NCBI RefSeq assembly: GCF_009914755.1
Contig: NC_060926.1
DNA: 64,000 nt
Source of the DNA: the human T2T-CHM13v2.0 reference genome, Homo sapiens
Strand: one strand, 5' to 3'
Positions 52,003-64,000 of the stretch are shown one piece after another (position 1 is the first letter of the stretch; each line of letters opens with the position of its first letter). A model generated the notes under the pieces. The model made no database searches. It saw only the letters and a list, made by a program, of their open reading frames with translations, and was not told the DNA's origin. The translations under genes and the position numbers were made by a program.

Positions 52003-52678
52003 CATTCTCAGAAACTTATTTGTGATGTGCCCCCTCAACTAACAGTGTTGAAGCATTCTTTTGATAGAGCAGTTTTGAAACACTCTTTTTGTGGAATCTG
52101 CAAGTGGATATTTGTCTAGCTTTGAGGATTTCGTTGGAAACGGGATTACATATAAAAAGCAGACAGCAGCATTCCCAGAATCTTCTTTGTGATGTTTGCA
52201 TTCAAGTCACAGAGTTGAACATTCCCTTTCATAGAGCAGGTTTGAAACACTCTTTTTGTAGTATCTGGATGTGGACATTTGGAGCGCTTTCAGGCCTATG
52301 GTGAAAAAGGAAATATCTTCTCCTGAAAACTAGACAGAAGCATTCTCAGAATCTTATTTGTGATGTGCCCCCTCAACTAACAGTGTTGAAGCATTCTTTT
52401 GATAGAGCAGTTTTGAAACACTCTTTTTGTGGAATCTGCAAGTGGATATTTGTCTAGCTTTGAGGATTTCGTTGGAAACGGGATTACATATAAAAAGCAG
52501 ACAGCAGCATTCCCAGAATCTTCTTTGTGATGTTTGCATTCAAGTCACAGAGTTGAACATTCCCTTTCATAGAGCAGGTTTGAAACACTCTTTTTGTAGT
52601 ATCTCGATGTGGACATTTGGAGCGCTTTCAGGCCTATGGTGAAAAAGGAAATATCTTCTCCTGAAAACTAGACAGAAG
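52003..52678 (+). repeat. Local tandem duplication of a 338-bp (A/C)-D dimer
   Basis: ORF-track pairs 52016/52354 and 52089/52427. Both copies carry gatgtgccccctc and gcattcttt, with intact boxes at 52129 and 52467. Confidence 0.85.
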
Positions 52679-55600
52679 CATTCTCAGAATCTTATTTGTG
52701 ATGTGCGCCCTCAACTAACAGTGTTGAAGCTTTCTTTTGATAGAGCAGATTTGAAACACTCTTTTTGTAAAATCTGCAAGAGGATATTTGCATAGCTTTG
52801 AGGATTTCATTGGAAACGGGATTGTCTTCAAATAAACTCTAGACAGAAGCATTCTCAGAAGCTTCATTGGGATGTTTCAATTGAAGTCACAGTGTTGAAC
52901 AGTCCCTTTCATAGAGCAGGTTTGAAACACTCTTTTTGTAGTATCTGGAAGTGGACATTTGGAGAGATCTCAGGAATACGGTGATAAAGGAAATATCTTC
53001 CAATAAAAGCTAGATAGAAGCAATGTCAGAAACTTTTTCATGATGTATCTACTCAGCTAACAGAGTTGAACCTTTCTTTTGAGAGAGCAGTTTTGAAACA
53101 CTCTTTTTGTGGAATCTGCAAGTGGATATTTGTCTAGCTTTGAGGATTTCGTTGGAAACAGGATTACATATAAAAAGCAGACAGCAGCATTCCCAGAAAC
53201 TTCTTTGTGATGTTTGCATTCAAGTCACAGAGTTGAACATTCCCTTTCATAGAGCAGGTTTGAAACACTCTTTTTGTAGTATCTGGATGTGGACATTTGG
53301 AGCGCTTTCAGGCCTATGGTGAAAAAGGAAATATCTTCCCCTGAAAACTAGACAGAAGCATTCTCAGAATTTTATTTGTGATGTGCGCCCTCAACTAACA
53401 GTGTTGAAGCTTTCTTTTGATAGAGCAGTTCTGAAACACTCTTTTTGTAAAATCTGCTAGAGGATATTTGGATAGCTTTGAGGATTTCTTTGGAAACGGG
53501 ATTGTCTTCATATAAACTCTAGACAGAAGCATTCTCAGATGCTTCATTGGGATGTTTCAATTGAAGTCACAGTGTTGAACAGTCCCTTTCATAGAGCAGG
53601 TTTGAAACACTCTTTTTGTAGTATCTGGATGTGGACATTTGGAACGCTTTCAGGCCTATGGTGAAAAAGGAAATATCTTCCCCTGAAAACTAGACAGAAG
53701 CATTCTCAGAAACTTATTTGTGATGTGCCCCCTCAACTAACAGTGTTGAAGCTTTCTTTTGATAGAGCAGTTTTGAAACACTCTTTTTGTGGAATCTGCA
53801 AGTGGATATTTGTCTAGCTTTGAGGATTTCGTTGGAAACGGGATTACATATAAAAAGCAGACAGCAGCATTCCCAGAATCTTCTTTGTGATGTTTGCATT
53901 CAAGTCACAGAGTTGAACATTCCCTTTCATAGAGCAGGTTTGAAACACTCTTTTTGTAGTATCTCGATGTGGACATTTGGAGCGCTTTCAGGCCTATGGT
54001 GAAAAAGGAAATATCTTCTCCTGAAAACTAGACAGAAGCATTCTCAGAATCTTATTTGTGATGTGCGCCCTCAACTAACAGTGTTGAAGCTTTCTTTTGA
54101 TAGAGCAGATTTGAAACACTCTTTTTGTAAAATCTGCAAGAGGATATTTGCATAGCTTTGAGGATTTCATTGGAAACGGGATTGTCTTCAAATAAACTCT
54201 AGACAGAAGCATTCTCAGAAGCTTCATTGGGATGTTTCAATTGAAGTCACAGTGTTGAACAGTCCCTTTCATAGAGCAGGTTTGAAACACTCTTTTTGTA
54301 GTATCTGGAAGTGGACATTTGGAGCGCTCTCAGGACTACGGTGAAAAAGGAAATATCTTCCAATAAAAGCTACATAGAAGCAATGTCAGAAACTTTTTCA
54401 TGATGTATCTACTCAGCTAACAGAGTTGAACCTTTCTTTTGAGAGAGCAGTTTTGAAACACTCTTTTTGTGGAATCTGCAAGTGGATATTTGTCTAGCTT
54501 TGAGGATTTCGTTGGAAACGGGATTACATATAAAAAGCAGACAGCAGCATTCCCAGTAACTTCTTTGTGATGTTTGCATTCAAGTCACAGAGTTGAACAT
54601 TCCCTTTCATAGAGCAGGTTTGAAACACTCTTTTTGTAGTATCTGGATGTGGACATTTGGAGCGCTTTCAGGCCTATGGTGAAAAAGGAAATATCTTCCC
54701 CTGAAAACTAGACAGAAGAATTCTCAGAATCTTATTTGTGATGTGCGCCCTCAACTAACAGTGTTGAAGCTTTCTTTTGATAGAGCAGTTTTGAAACACT
54801 CTTTTTGTAAAATCTGCAAGAGGATATTTGCATAGCTTTGAGGATTTCGTTGGAAACGGGATTGTCTTCATATAAACTCTAGACAGAAGCATTCTCAGAA
54901 GCGTCATTGGGATGTTTCAATTGAAGTCACAGTGTTGAACAGTCCCTTTCATAGAGCAGGTTTGAAACACTCTTTTTGTAGTATCTGGATGTGGACATTT
55001 GGAGCGCTTTCAGGCCTATGGTTTAAAAGGAAATATCTTCCCCTGAAAACTAGACAGAAGCATTCTCAGAAACTTATTTGTGATGTGCGCCCTCAACTAA
55101 CAGTGTTGAAGCATTCTTTTGATAGAGCAGTATTGAAACACTCTTTTTGTGGAATCTGCAAGTGGATATTTGTCTAGCTTTGAGGATTTCGTTGGAAAAG
55201 GAATTACATATAAAAAGCAGACAGCAGCATTCCCAGAAACTTCTTTGTGATGTTTGCATTCAAGTCACAGGGTTGAACATTCCCTTTCATAGAGCAGGTT
55301 TGAAACACTCTTTTTGTAGTATCTGGATGTGGACATTTGGAGCGCTTTCAGGCCTATGGTGAAAAAGGAAATATCTTCCCCTGAAAACTAGACAGAAGCA
55401 TTCTCAGAAACTTATTTGTGATGTGCGCCCTCAACTAACAGTGTTGAAGCTTTCTTTTGATAGAGCAGTTTTCAAACACTCTTTTTGTAAAATCTGCAAG
55501 AGGATATTTGGATAGCTTTGAGGATTTCGTTGGAAACGGGATTGTCTTCATATAAACTCTAGACAGAAGCATTCTCAGAAGCTTCATTGGGATGTTTCAA

Positions 55601-58600
55601 TTGAAGTCACAGTGTTGAACAGTCCCTTTCATAGAGCAGGTTTGAAACACTCTTTTTGTAGTATCTGGAAGTGGACATTTGGAGAGATCTCAGGAATACG
55701 GTGATAAAGGAAATATCTTCCAATAAAAGCTAGATAGAAGCAATGTCAGAAACTTTTTCATGATGTATCTACTCAGCTAACAGAGTTGAACCTTTCTTTT
55801 GAGAGAGCAGTTTTGAAACACTCTTTTTGTGGAATCTGCAAGTGGATATTTGTCTAGCTTTGAGGATTTCGTTGGAAACAGGATTACATATAAAAAGCAG
55901 ACAGCAGCATTCCCAGAAACTTCTTTGTGATGTTTGCATTCAAGTCACAGAGTTGAACATTCCCTTTCATAGAGCAGGTTTGAAACACTCTTTTTGTAGT
56001 ATCTCGATGTGGACATTTGGAGCGCTTTCAGGCCTATGGTGAAAAAGGAAATATCTTCTCCTGAAAACTAGACAGAAGCATTCTCAGAACCTTATTTGTG
56101 ATGTGCGCCCTCAACTAACAGTGTTGAAGCTTTCTTTTGATAGAGCAGTTTTGAAACACTCTTTTTGTAAAATCTGCAAGAGGATATTTGCATAGCTTTG
56201 AGGATTTCATTGGAAACGGGATTGTCTTCATATAAACTCTAGACAGAAGCATTCTCAGAAGCTTCATTGGGATGTTTCCATTGAAGTCACAGTGTTGAAC
56301 AGTCCCTTTCATAGAGCAGGTTTGAAACACTCTTTTTGTAGTATCTGGAAGTGGACATTTGGAGCGCTCTCAGGACTACGGTGAAAAAGGAAATATCTTC
56401 CAATAAAAGCTACATAGAAGCAATGTCAGAAACTTTTTCATGATGTATCTACTCAGCTAACAGAGTTGAACCTTTCTTTTGAGAGAGCAGTTTTGAAACA
56501 CTCTTTTTGTGGAATCTGCAAGTGGATATTTGTCTAGCTTTGAGGATTTCGTTGGAAATAGGATTACATATAAAAAGCAGACAGCAGCATTCCCAGAAAC
56601 TTCTTTGTGATGTTTGCATTCAAGTCACAGAGTTGAACATTCCCTTTCATAGAGCAGGTTTGAAACACTCTTTTTGTAGTATCTGGATGTGGACATTTGG
56701 AGCGCTTTCAGGCCTATGGTGAAAAAGGAAATATCTTCCCCTGAAAATTAGACAGAAGCATTCTCAGAATTTTATTTGTGATGTGCGCCCTCAACTAACA
56801 GTGTTGAAGCTTTCTTGTGATAGAGCAGTTTTGAAACACTCTTTTTGTAAAATCTGCTAGAGAATATTTGGATAGCTTTGAGGATTTCTTTGGAAACGGG
56901 ATTTTCTTCATATAAACTCTAGACAGAAGCATTCTCAGATGCTTCATTGGGATGTTTCAATTGAAGTCACAGTATTGAACAGTCCCTTTCTTACAGCAGG
57001 TTTGAAACACTCTTTTTGTAGAATCTGGATGTGGACATTTGGAGCGCTTTCATGCCTATGGTGAAAAAGGAAATATCTTCCCCTGAAAACTAGACAGAAG
57101 CATTCTCAGAAACTTATTTGTGATGTGCCCCCTCAACTAACAGTGTTGAAGCTTTCTTTTGATAGAGCAGTTTTCAAACACTCTTTTTGTAAAATCTGCA
57201 AGAGGATATTTGGATAGCTTTGAGGATTTCGTTGGAAACGGGATTGTCTTCATATAAACTCTAGACAGAAGCATTCTCAGAAGCTTCATTGGGATGTTTC
57301 AATTGAAGTCACAGTGTTGAACAGTCCCTTTCATAGAGCAGGTTTGAAACACTCTTTTTGTAGTATCTGGAAGTGGACATTTGGAGAGATCTCAGGAATA
57401 CGGTGATAAAGGAAATATCTTCCAATAAAAGCTAGATAGAAGCAATGTCAGAAACTTTTTCATGATGTATCTACTCAGCTAACAGAGTTGAACCTTTCTT
57501 TTGAGAGAGCAGTTTTGAAACACTCTTTTTGTGGAATCTGCAAGTGGATATTTGTCTAGCTTTGAGGATTTCGTTGGAAACAGGATTACATATAAAAAGC
57601 AGACAGCAGCATTCCCAGAAACTTCTTTGTGATGTTTGCATTCAAGTCACAGAGTTGAACATTCCCTTTCATAGAGCAGGTTTGAAACACTCTTTTTGTA
57701 GTATCTGGATGTGGACATTTGGAGCGCTTTCAGGCCTATGGTGAAAAAGGAAATATCTTCCCCTGAAAACTAGACAGAAGCATTCTAAGAAACTTATTTG
57801 TGATGTGCGCCCTCAACTAACAGTGTTGAAGCTTTCTTTTGATAGAGCAGTTTTGAAACACTCTTTTTGTAAAATCTGCAAGAGGATATTTGGATAGCTT
57901 TGTGGATTTCTTTGGAAACGGGATTGTCTTCATATAAACTCTAGACAGAAGCATTCTCAGATGCTTCATTGGGATGTTTCAATTGAAGTCACAGTGTTGA
58001 ACAGTCCCTTTCATAGAGCAGGTTTGAAACACTCTTTTTGTAGTATCTGGATGTGGACATTTGGAGCGCTTTCAGGTCTATGGTGAAAAAGGAAATATCT
58101 TCCCCTGAAAACTAGACAGAAGCATTCTCAGAAACTTATTTGTGATGTGCCCCCTCAACTAACAGTGTTGAAGCTTTCTTTTGATAGAGCAGTTTTGAAA
58201 CACTCTTTTTGTGGAATCTGCAAGTGGATATTTGTCTAGCTTTGAGGATTTCGTTGGAAACGGGATTACATATAAAAAGCAGACAGCAGCATTCCCAGAA
58301 TCTTCTTTGTGATGTTTGCATTCAAGTCACAGAGTTGAACATTCCCTTTCATAGAGCAGGTTTGAAACACTCTTTTTGTAGTATCTCGATGTGGACATTT
58401 GGAGCGCTTTCAGGCCTATGGTGAAAAAGGAAATATCTTCTCCTGAAAACTAGACAGAAGCATTCTCAGAATCTTATTTGTGATGTGCGCCCTCAACTAA
58501 CAGTGTTGAAGCTTTCTTTTGATAGAGCAGTTTTGAAACACTCTTTTTGTAAAATCTGCAAGAGGATATTTGCATAGCTTTGAGGATTTCATTGGAAACG

Positions 58601-61600
58601 GGATTGTCTTCATATAAACTCTAGACAGAAGCATTCTCAGAAGCTTCATTGGGATGTTTCAATTGAAGTCACAGTGTTGAACAGTCCCTTTCATAGAGCA
58701 GGTTTGAAACACTCTTTTTGTAGTATCTGGAAGTGGACATTTGGAGCGCTCTCAGGACTACGGTGAAAAAGGAAATATCTTCCAATAAAAGCTACATAGA
58801 AGCAATGTCAGAAACTTTTTCATGATGTATGTACTCAGCTAACAGAGTTGAACCTTTCTTTTGAGAGAGCAGTTTTGAAACACTCTTTTTGTGGAATCTG
58901 CAAGTGGATATTTGTCTAGCTTTGAGAATTTCGTTGGAAACAGGATTACATATAAAAAGCAGACAGCAGCATTCCCAGAAACTTCTTTGTGATGTTTGCA
59001 TTCAAGTCACAGAGTTGAACATTCCCTTTCATAGAGCAGGTTTGAAACACTCTTTTTGTAGTATCTGGATGTGGACATTTGGAGCGCTTTCAGGCCTATG
59101 GTGAAAAAGGAAATATCTTCCCCTGAAAACTAGACAGAAGCATTCTCAGAATTTTATTTGTGATGTGCGCCCTCAACTAACAGTGTTGAAGCTTTCTTTT
59201 GATAGAGCAGTTTTGAAACACTCTTTTTGTAAAATCTGCTAGAGGATATTTGGATAGCTTTGAGGATTTCGTTGGAAACGGGATTGTCTTCATATAAACT
59301 CTAGACAGAAGCATTCTCAGATGCTTCATTGGGATGTTTCAATTGAAGTCACAGTGTTGAACAGTCCCTTTCATAGAGCAGGTTTGAAACACTCTTTTTG
59401 TAGTATCTGGATGTGGACATTTGGAGCGCTTTCAGGCCTATGGTGAAAAAGGAAATATCTTCCCCTGAAAACTAGACAGAAGCATTCTCAGAAACTTATT
59501 TCTGATGTGCCCCCTCAACTAACAGTGTTGAAGCTTTCTTTTGATAGAGCAGTTTTGAAACACTCTTTTTGTGGAATCTGCAAGTGGATATTTGTCTAGC
59601 TTTGAGGATTTCGTTGGAAACGGGATTACATATAAAAAGCAGACAGCAGCATTCCCAGAATCTTCTTTGTGATGTTTGCATTCAAGTCACAGAGTTGAAC
59701 ATTCCCTTTCATAGAGCAGGTTTGAAACACTCTTTTTGTAGTATCTCGATGTGGACATTTGGAGCGCTTTCAGGCCTATGGTGAAAAAGGAAATATCTTC
59801 TCCTGAAAACTAGACAGAAGCATTCTCAGAATCTTATTTGTGATGTGCGCTCTCAACTAACAGTGTTGAACCTTTCTTTTCATAGAGTAGTTTTGAAACA
59901 CTCTTTTTGTAAAATCTGCAAGAGGATATTTGCATAGCTTTGAGGATTTCATTGGAAACGGGATTGTCTTCATATAAACTCTAGACAGAAGCATTCTCAG
60001 AAGCTTCATTGGGATGTTTCAATTGAAGTCACAGTGTTGAACAGTCCCTTTCATAGAGCAGGTTTGAAACACTCTTTTTGTAGTATCTGGAAGTGGACAT
60101 TTGGAGCGCTCTCAGGACTACGGTGAAAAAGGAAATATCTTCCAATAAAAGCTACATAGAAGCAATGTCAGAAACTTTTTCATGATGTATCTACTCAGCT
60201 AACAGAGTTGAACCTTTCTTTTGAGAGAGCAGTTTTGAAACACTCTTTTTGTGGAATCTGCAAGTGGATATTTGTCTAGCTTTGAGGATTTCGTTGGAAA
60301 CAGGATTACATATAAAAAGCAGACAGCAGCATTCCCAGAAACTTCTTTGTGATGTTTGCATTCAAGTCACAGAGTTGAACATTCCCTTTCATAGAGCAGG
60401 TTTGAAACACTCTTTTTGTAGTATCTGGATGTGGACATTTGGAGCGCTTTCAGGCCTATGGTGAAAAAGGAAATATCTTCCCCTGAAAACTAGACAGAAG
60501 CATTCTCAGAATTTTATTTGTGATGTGCGCCCTCAACTAACAGTGTTGAAGCTTTCTTTTGATAGAGCAGTTTTGAAACACTCTTTTTGTAAAATCTGCT
60601 AGAGGATATTTCGATAGCTTTGAGGATTTCGTTGGAAACGGGATTGTCTTCATATAAACTCTAGACAGAAGCATTCTCAGATGCTTCATTGGGATGTTTC
60701 AATTGAAGTCACAGTGTTGAACAGTCCCTTTCATAGAGCAGGTTTGAAACACTCTTTTTGTAGTATCTGGATGTGGACATTTGGAGCGCTTTCAGGCCTA
60801 TGGTGAAAAAGGAAATATCTTCCCCTGAAAACTAGACAGAAGCATTCTCAGAAACTTATTTCTGATGTGCCCCCTCAACTAACAGTGTTGAAGCTTTCTT
60901 TTGATAGAGCAGTTTTGAAACACTCTTTTTGTGGAATCTGCAAGTGGATATTTGTCTAGCTTTGAGGATTTCGTTGGAAACGGGATTACATATAAAAAGC
61001 AGACAGCAGCATTCCCAGAATCTCCTTTGTGATGTTTGCATTCAAGTCACAGAGTTGAACATTCCCTTTCATAGAGCAGGTTTGAAACACTCTTTTTGTA
61101 GTATCTCGATGTGGACATTTGGAGCGCTTTCAGGCCTATGGTGAAAAAGGAAATATCTTCTCCTGAAAACTAGACAGAAGCATTCTCAGAATCTTATTTG
61201 TGATGTGCGCCCTCAACTAACAGTGTTGAAGCTATCTTTTGATAGAGCAGTTTTGAAACACTCTTTTTGTAAAATCTGCAAGAGGATATTTGCATAGCTT
61301 TGAGGATTTCATTGGAAACGGGATTGTCTTCATATAAACTCTAGACAGAAGCATTCTCAGAAGCTTCATTGGGATGTTTCAATTGAAGTCACAGTGTTGA
61401 ACAGTCCCTTTCATAGAGCAGGTTTGAAACACTCTTTTTGTAGTATCTGGAAGTGGACATTTGGAGCGCTCTCAGGACTACGGTGAAAAAGGAAATATCT
61501 TCCAATAAAAGCTACATAGAAGCAATGTCAGAAACTTTTTCATGATGTATCTACTCAGCTAACAGAGTTGAACCTTTCTTTTGAGAGAGCAGTTTTGAAA

Positions 61601-64000
61601 CACTCTTTTTGTGGAATCTGCAAGTGGATATTTGTCTAGCTTTGAGGATTTCGTTGGAAACAGGATTACATATAAAAAGCAGACAGCAGCATTCCCAGAA
61701 ACTTCTTTGTGATGTTTGCATTCAAGTCACAGAGTTGAACATTCCCTTTCATAGAGCAGGTTTGAAACACTCTTTTTGTAGTATCTGGATGTGGACATTT
61801 GGAGCGCTTTCAGGCCTATGGTGAAAAAGGAAATATCTTCCCCTGAAAACTAGACAGAAGCATTCTCAGAATTTTATTTGTGATGTGCGCCCTCAACTAA
61901 CAGTGTTGAAGCTTTCTTTTGATAGAGCAGTTTTGAAAAACTCTTTTTGTAAAATCTGCTAGAGGATATTTCGATAGCTTTGAGGATTTCGTTGGAAACG
62001 GGATTGTCTTCATATAAACTCTAGACAGAAGCATTCTCAGATGCTTCATTGGGATGTTTCAATTGAAGTCACAGTGTTGAACAGTCCCTTTCATAGAGCA
62101 GGTTTGAAACACTCTTTTTGTAGTATCTGGATGTGGACATTTGGAGCGCTTTCAGGCCTATGGTGAAAAAGGAAATATCTTCCCCTGAAAACTAGACAGA
62201 AGCATTCTCAGAAACTTATTTCTGATGTGCCCCCTCAACTAACAGTGTTGAAGCTTTCTTTTGATAGAGCAGTTTTGAAACACTCTTTTTGTGGAATCTG
62301 CAAGTGGATATTTGTCTAGCTTTGAGGATTTCGTTGGAAACGGGATTACATATAAAAAGCAGACAGCAGCATTCCCAGAATCTCCTTTGTGATGTTTGCA
62401 TTCAAGTCACAGAGTTGAACATTCCCTTTCATAGAGCAGGTTTGAAACACTCTTTTTGTAGTATCTCGATGTGGACATTTGGAGCGCTTTCAGGCCTATG
62501 GTGAAAAAGGAAATATCTTCTCCTGAAAACTAGACAGAAGCATTCTCAGAATCTTATTTGTGATGTGCGCCCTCAACTAACAGTGTTGAAGCTATCTTTT
62601 GATAGAGCAGTTTTGAAACACTCTTTTTGTAAAATCTGCAAGAGGATATTTGCATAGCTTTGAGGATTTCATTGGAAACGGGATTGTCTTCATATAAACT
62701 CTAGACAGAAGCATTCTCAGAAGCTTCATTGGGATGTTTCAATTGAAGTCACAGTGTTGAACAGTCCCTTTCATAGAGCAGGTTTGAAACACTCTTTTTG
62801 TAGTATCTGGAAGTGGACATTTGGAGCGCTCTCAGGACTACGGTGAAAAAGGAAATATCTTCCAATAAAAGCTACATAGAAGCAATGTCAGAAACTTTTT
62901 CATGATGTATCTACTCAGCTAACAGAGTTGAACCTTTCTTTTGAGAGAGCAGTTTTGAAACACTCTTTTTGTGGAATCTGCAAGTGGATATTTGTCTAGC
63001 TTTGAGGATTTCGTTGGAAACAGGATTACATATAAAAAGCAGACAGCAGCATTCCCAGAAACTTCTTTGTGATGTTTGCATTCAAGTCACAGAGTTGAAC
63101 ATTCCCTTTCATAGAGCAGGTTTGAAACACTCTTTTTGTAGTATCTGGATGTGGACATTTGGAGCGCTTTCAGGCCTATGGTGAAAAAGGAAATATCTTC
63201 CCCTGAAAACTAGACAGAAGCATTCTCAGAATTTTATTTGTGATGTGCGCCCTCAACTAACAGTGTTGAAGCTTTCTTTTGATAGAGCAGGTTTGAAACA
63301 CTCTTTTTGTAAAATCTGCTAGAGGATATTTGGATAGCTTTGAGGATTTCTTTGGAAACGGGATTGTCTTCATATAAACTCTAGACAGAAGCATTCTCAG
63401 ATGCTTCATTGGGATGTTTCAATTGAAGTCACAGTGTTGAACAGTCCCTTTCATAGAGCAGGTTTGAAACACTCTTTTTGTAGTATCTGGATGTGGACAT
63501 TTGGAGCGCTTTCAGGCCTATGGTGAAAAAGGAAATATCTTCCCCTGAAAACTAGACAGAAGCATTCTCAGAAACTTATTTCTGATGTGCCCCCTCAACT
63601 AACAGTGTTGAAGCTTTCTTTTGATAGAGCAGGTTTGAAACACTCTTTTTGTGGAATCTGCAAGTGGATATTTGTCTAGCTTTGAGGATTTCGTTGGAAA
63701 CGGGATTACATATAAAAAGCAGACAGCAGCATTCCCAGAATCTTCTTTGTGATGTTTGCATTCAAGTCACAGAGTTGAACATTCCCTTTCATAGAGCAGG
63801 TTTGAAACACTCTTTTTGTAGTATCTCGATGTGGACATTTGGAGCGCTTTCAGGCCTATGGTGAAAAAGGAATTATCTTCTCCTGAAAACTACACAGAAG
63901 CATTCTCAGAATCTTATTTGTGATGTGCGCCCTCAACTAACAGTGTTGAAGCTTTCTTTTGATAGAGCAGTTTTGAAACATTCTTTTTGTAAAATCTGCA

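Larger units (their letters stand above)
1..64000 (+). repeat. Centromeric alpha-satellite higher-order repeat array, dimeric SF2-like, ~680-bp tetramer basis
   Basis: Continuous ~171-bp monomers with alphoid hallmarks (cattctcagaaact, gagcagttttgaaacactctttttgt, gatatttggatagctttgaggatttcgttggaaacggga). CENP-B-box and pJalpha-box monomers alternate. The ORF track recurs at 679/680-bp spacing. Orientation is the same throughout. Confidence 0.99.
39201..64000 (+). repeat. Domain 2: 1360-bp octamer-dominated layer, CENP-B-box poor
   Basis: Markers at 1360-bp period: gaattttattt, tctgctagagg, cagatgcttc, gatgtgccccctc, tatctcgatg, ttgcatagc, aaacaggatt. The minus-strand ORF recurs at 39776, 41136, 42496, 45216, 46576, 47936, 49296, 58136, 59496, 60856, 62216 and 63576. 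Confidence 0.92.

Noticed and set aside
449-63864. About 100 short ORFs of 60-84 aa (MWNLQVDICL..., MQTSQR..., MLNSPFHR...)
   Set aside because: They recur at the satellite period, mostly use TTG/GTG starts and are opened or closed by single repeat SNVs. They resemble no protein family I recognise, so they are translation artefacts of alphoid DNA.
1-64000. CRISPR-like appearance (conserved gtttgaaacactc blocks at regular spacing)
   Set aside because: The intervening sequence is itself repeated, not unique spacers. The period is 171 bp and there are no cas genes.
1-64000. Transposon insertion, inversion or foreign unique sequence
   Set aside because: On reading through, every segment parsed as alphoid monomer in the same orientation. 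I saw no poly-A tail, target-site duplication or strand switch; a very short insert could have been missed by eye.

Overview
The whole 64 kb is one uninterrupted head-to-tail array of primate, very probably human, centromeric alpha satellite, all in one orientation. I saw no genes, transposon insertions or inversions. It is dimeric, SF2-like alphoid DNA: CENP-B-box monomers alternate with pJalpha-box monomers in a ~680-bp tetrameric higher-order repeat (HOR). I label the monomers A 171, B 171, C 166/167 and D 171 bp; the HOR has one XbaI site per unit. This best fits chromosome 2 D2Z1, an assignment made from recall and not from a search. All listed ORFs are by-products of the repeat. The interesting signal is internal architecture. 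From 1 to ~39 kb the array is a heterogeneous mix of tetramers, hybrid-monomer tetramers and 6-mer variants, with several kb-scale duplications and about 90% intact CENP-B boxes. From ~39.2 kb a homogeneous 1360-bp octamer dominates, in which three of four CENP-B boxes are typically broken at essential CpG positions (29 of 73 sites intact by manual count). That domain contains box-rich islands, a run in which one box is intact again, and one mutation-dense dimer. All counts and offsets were read by eye and need computational confirmation. I found no evidence of a new protein- or RNA-coding system.
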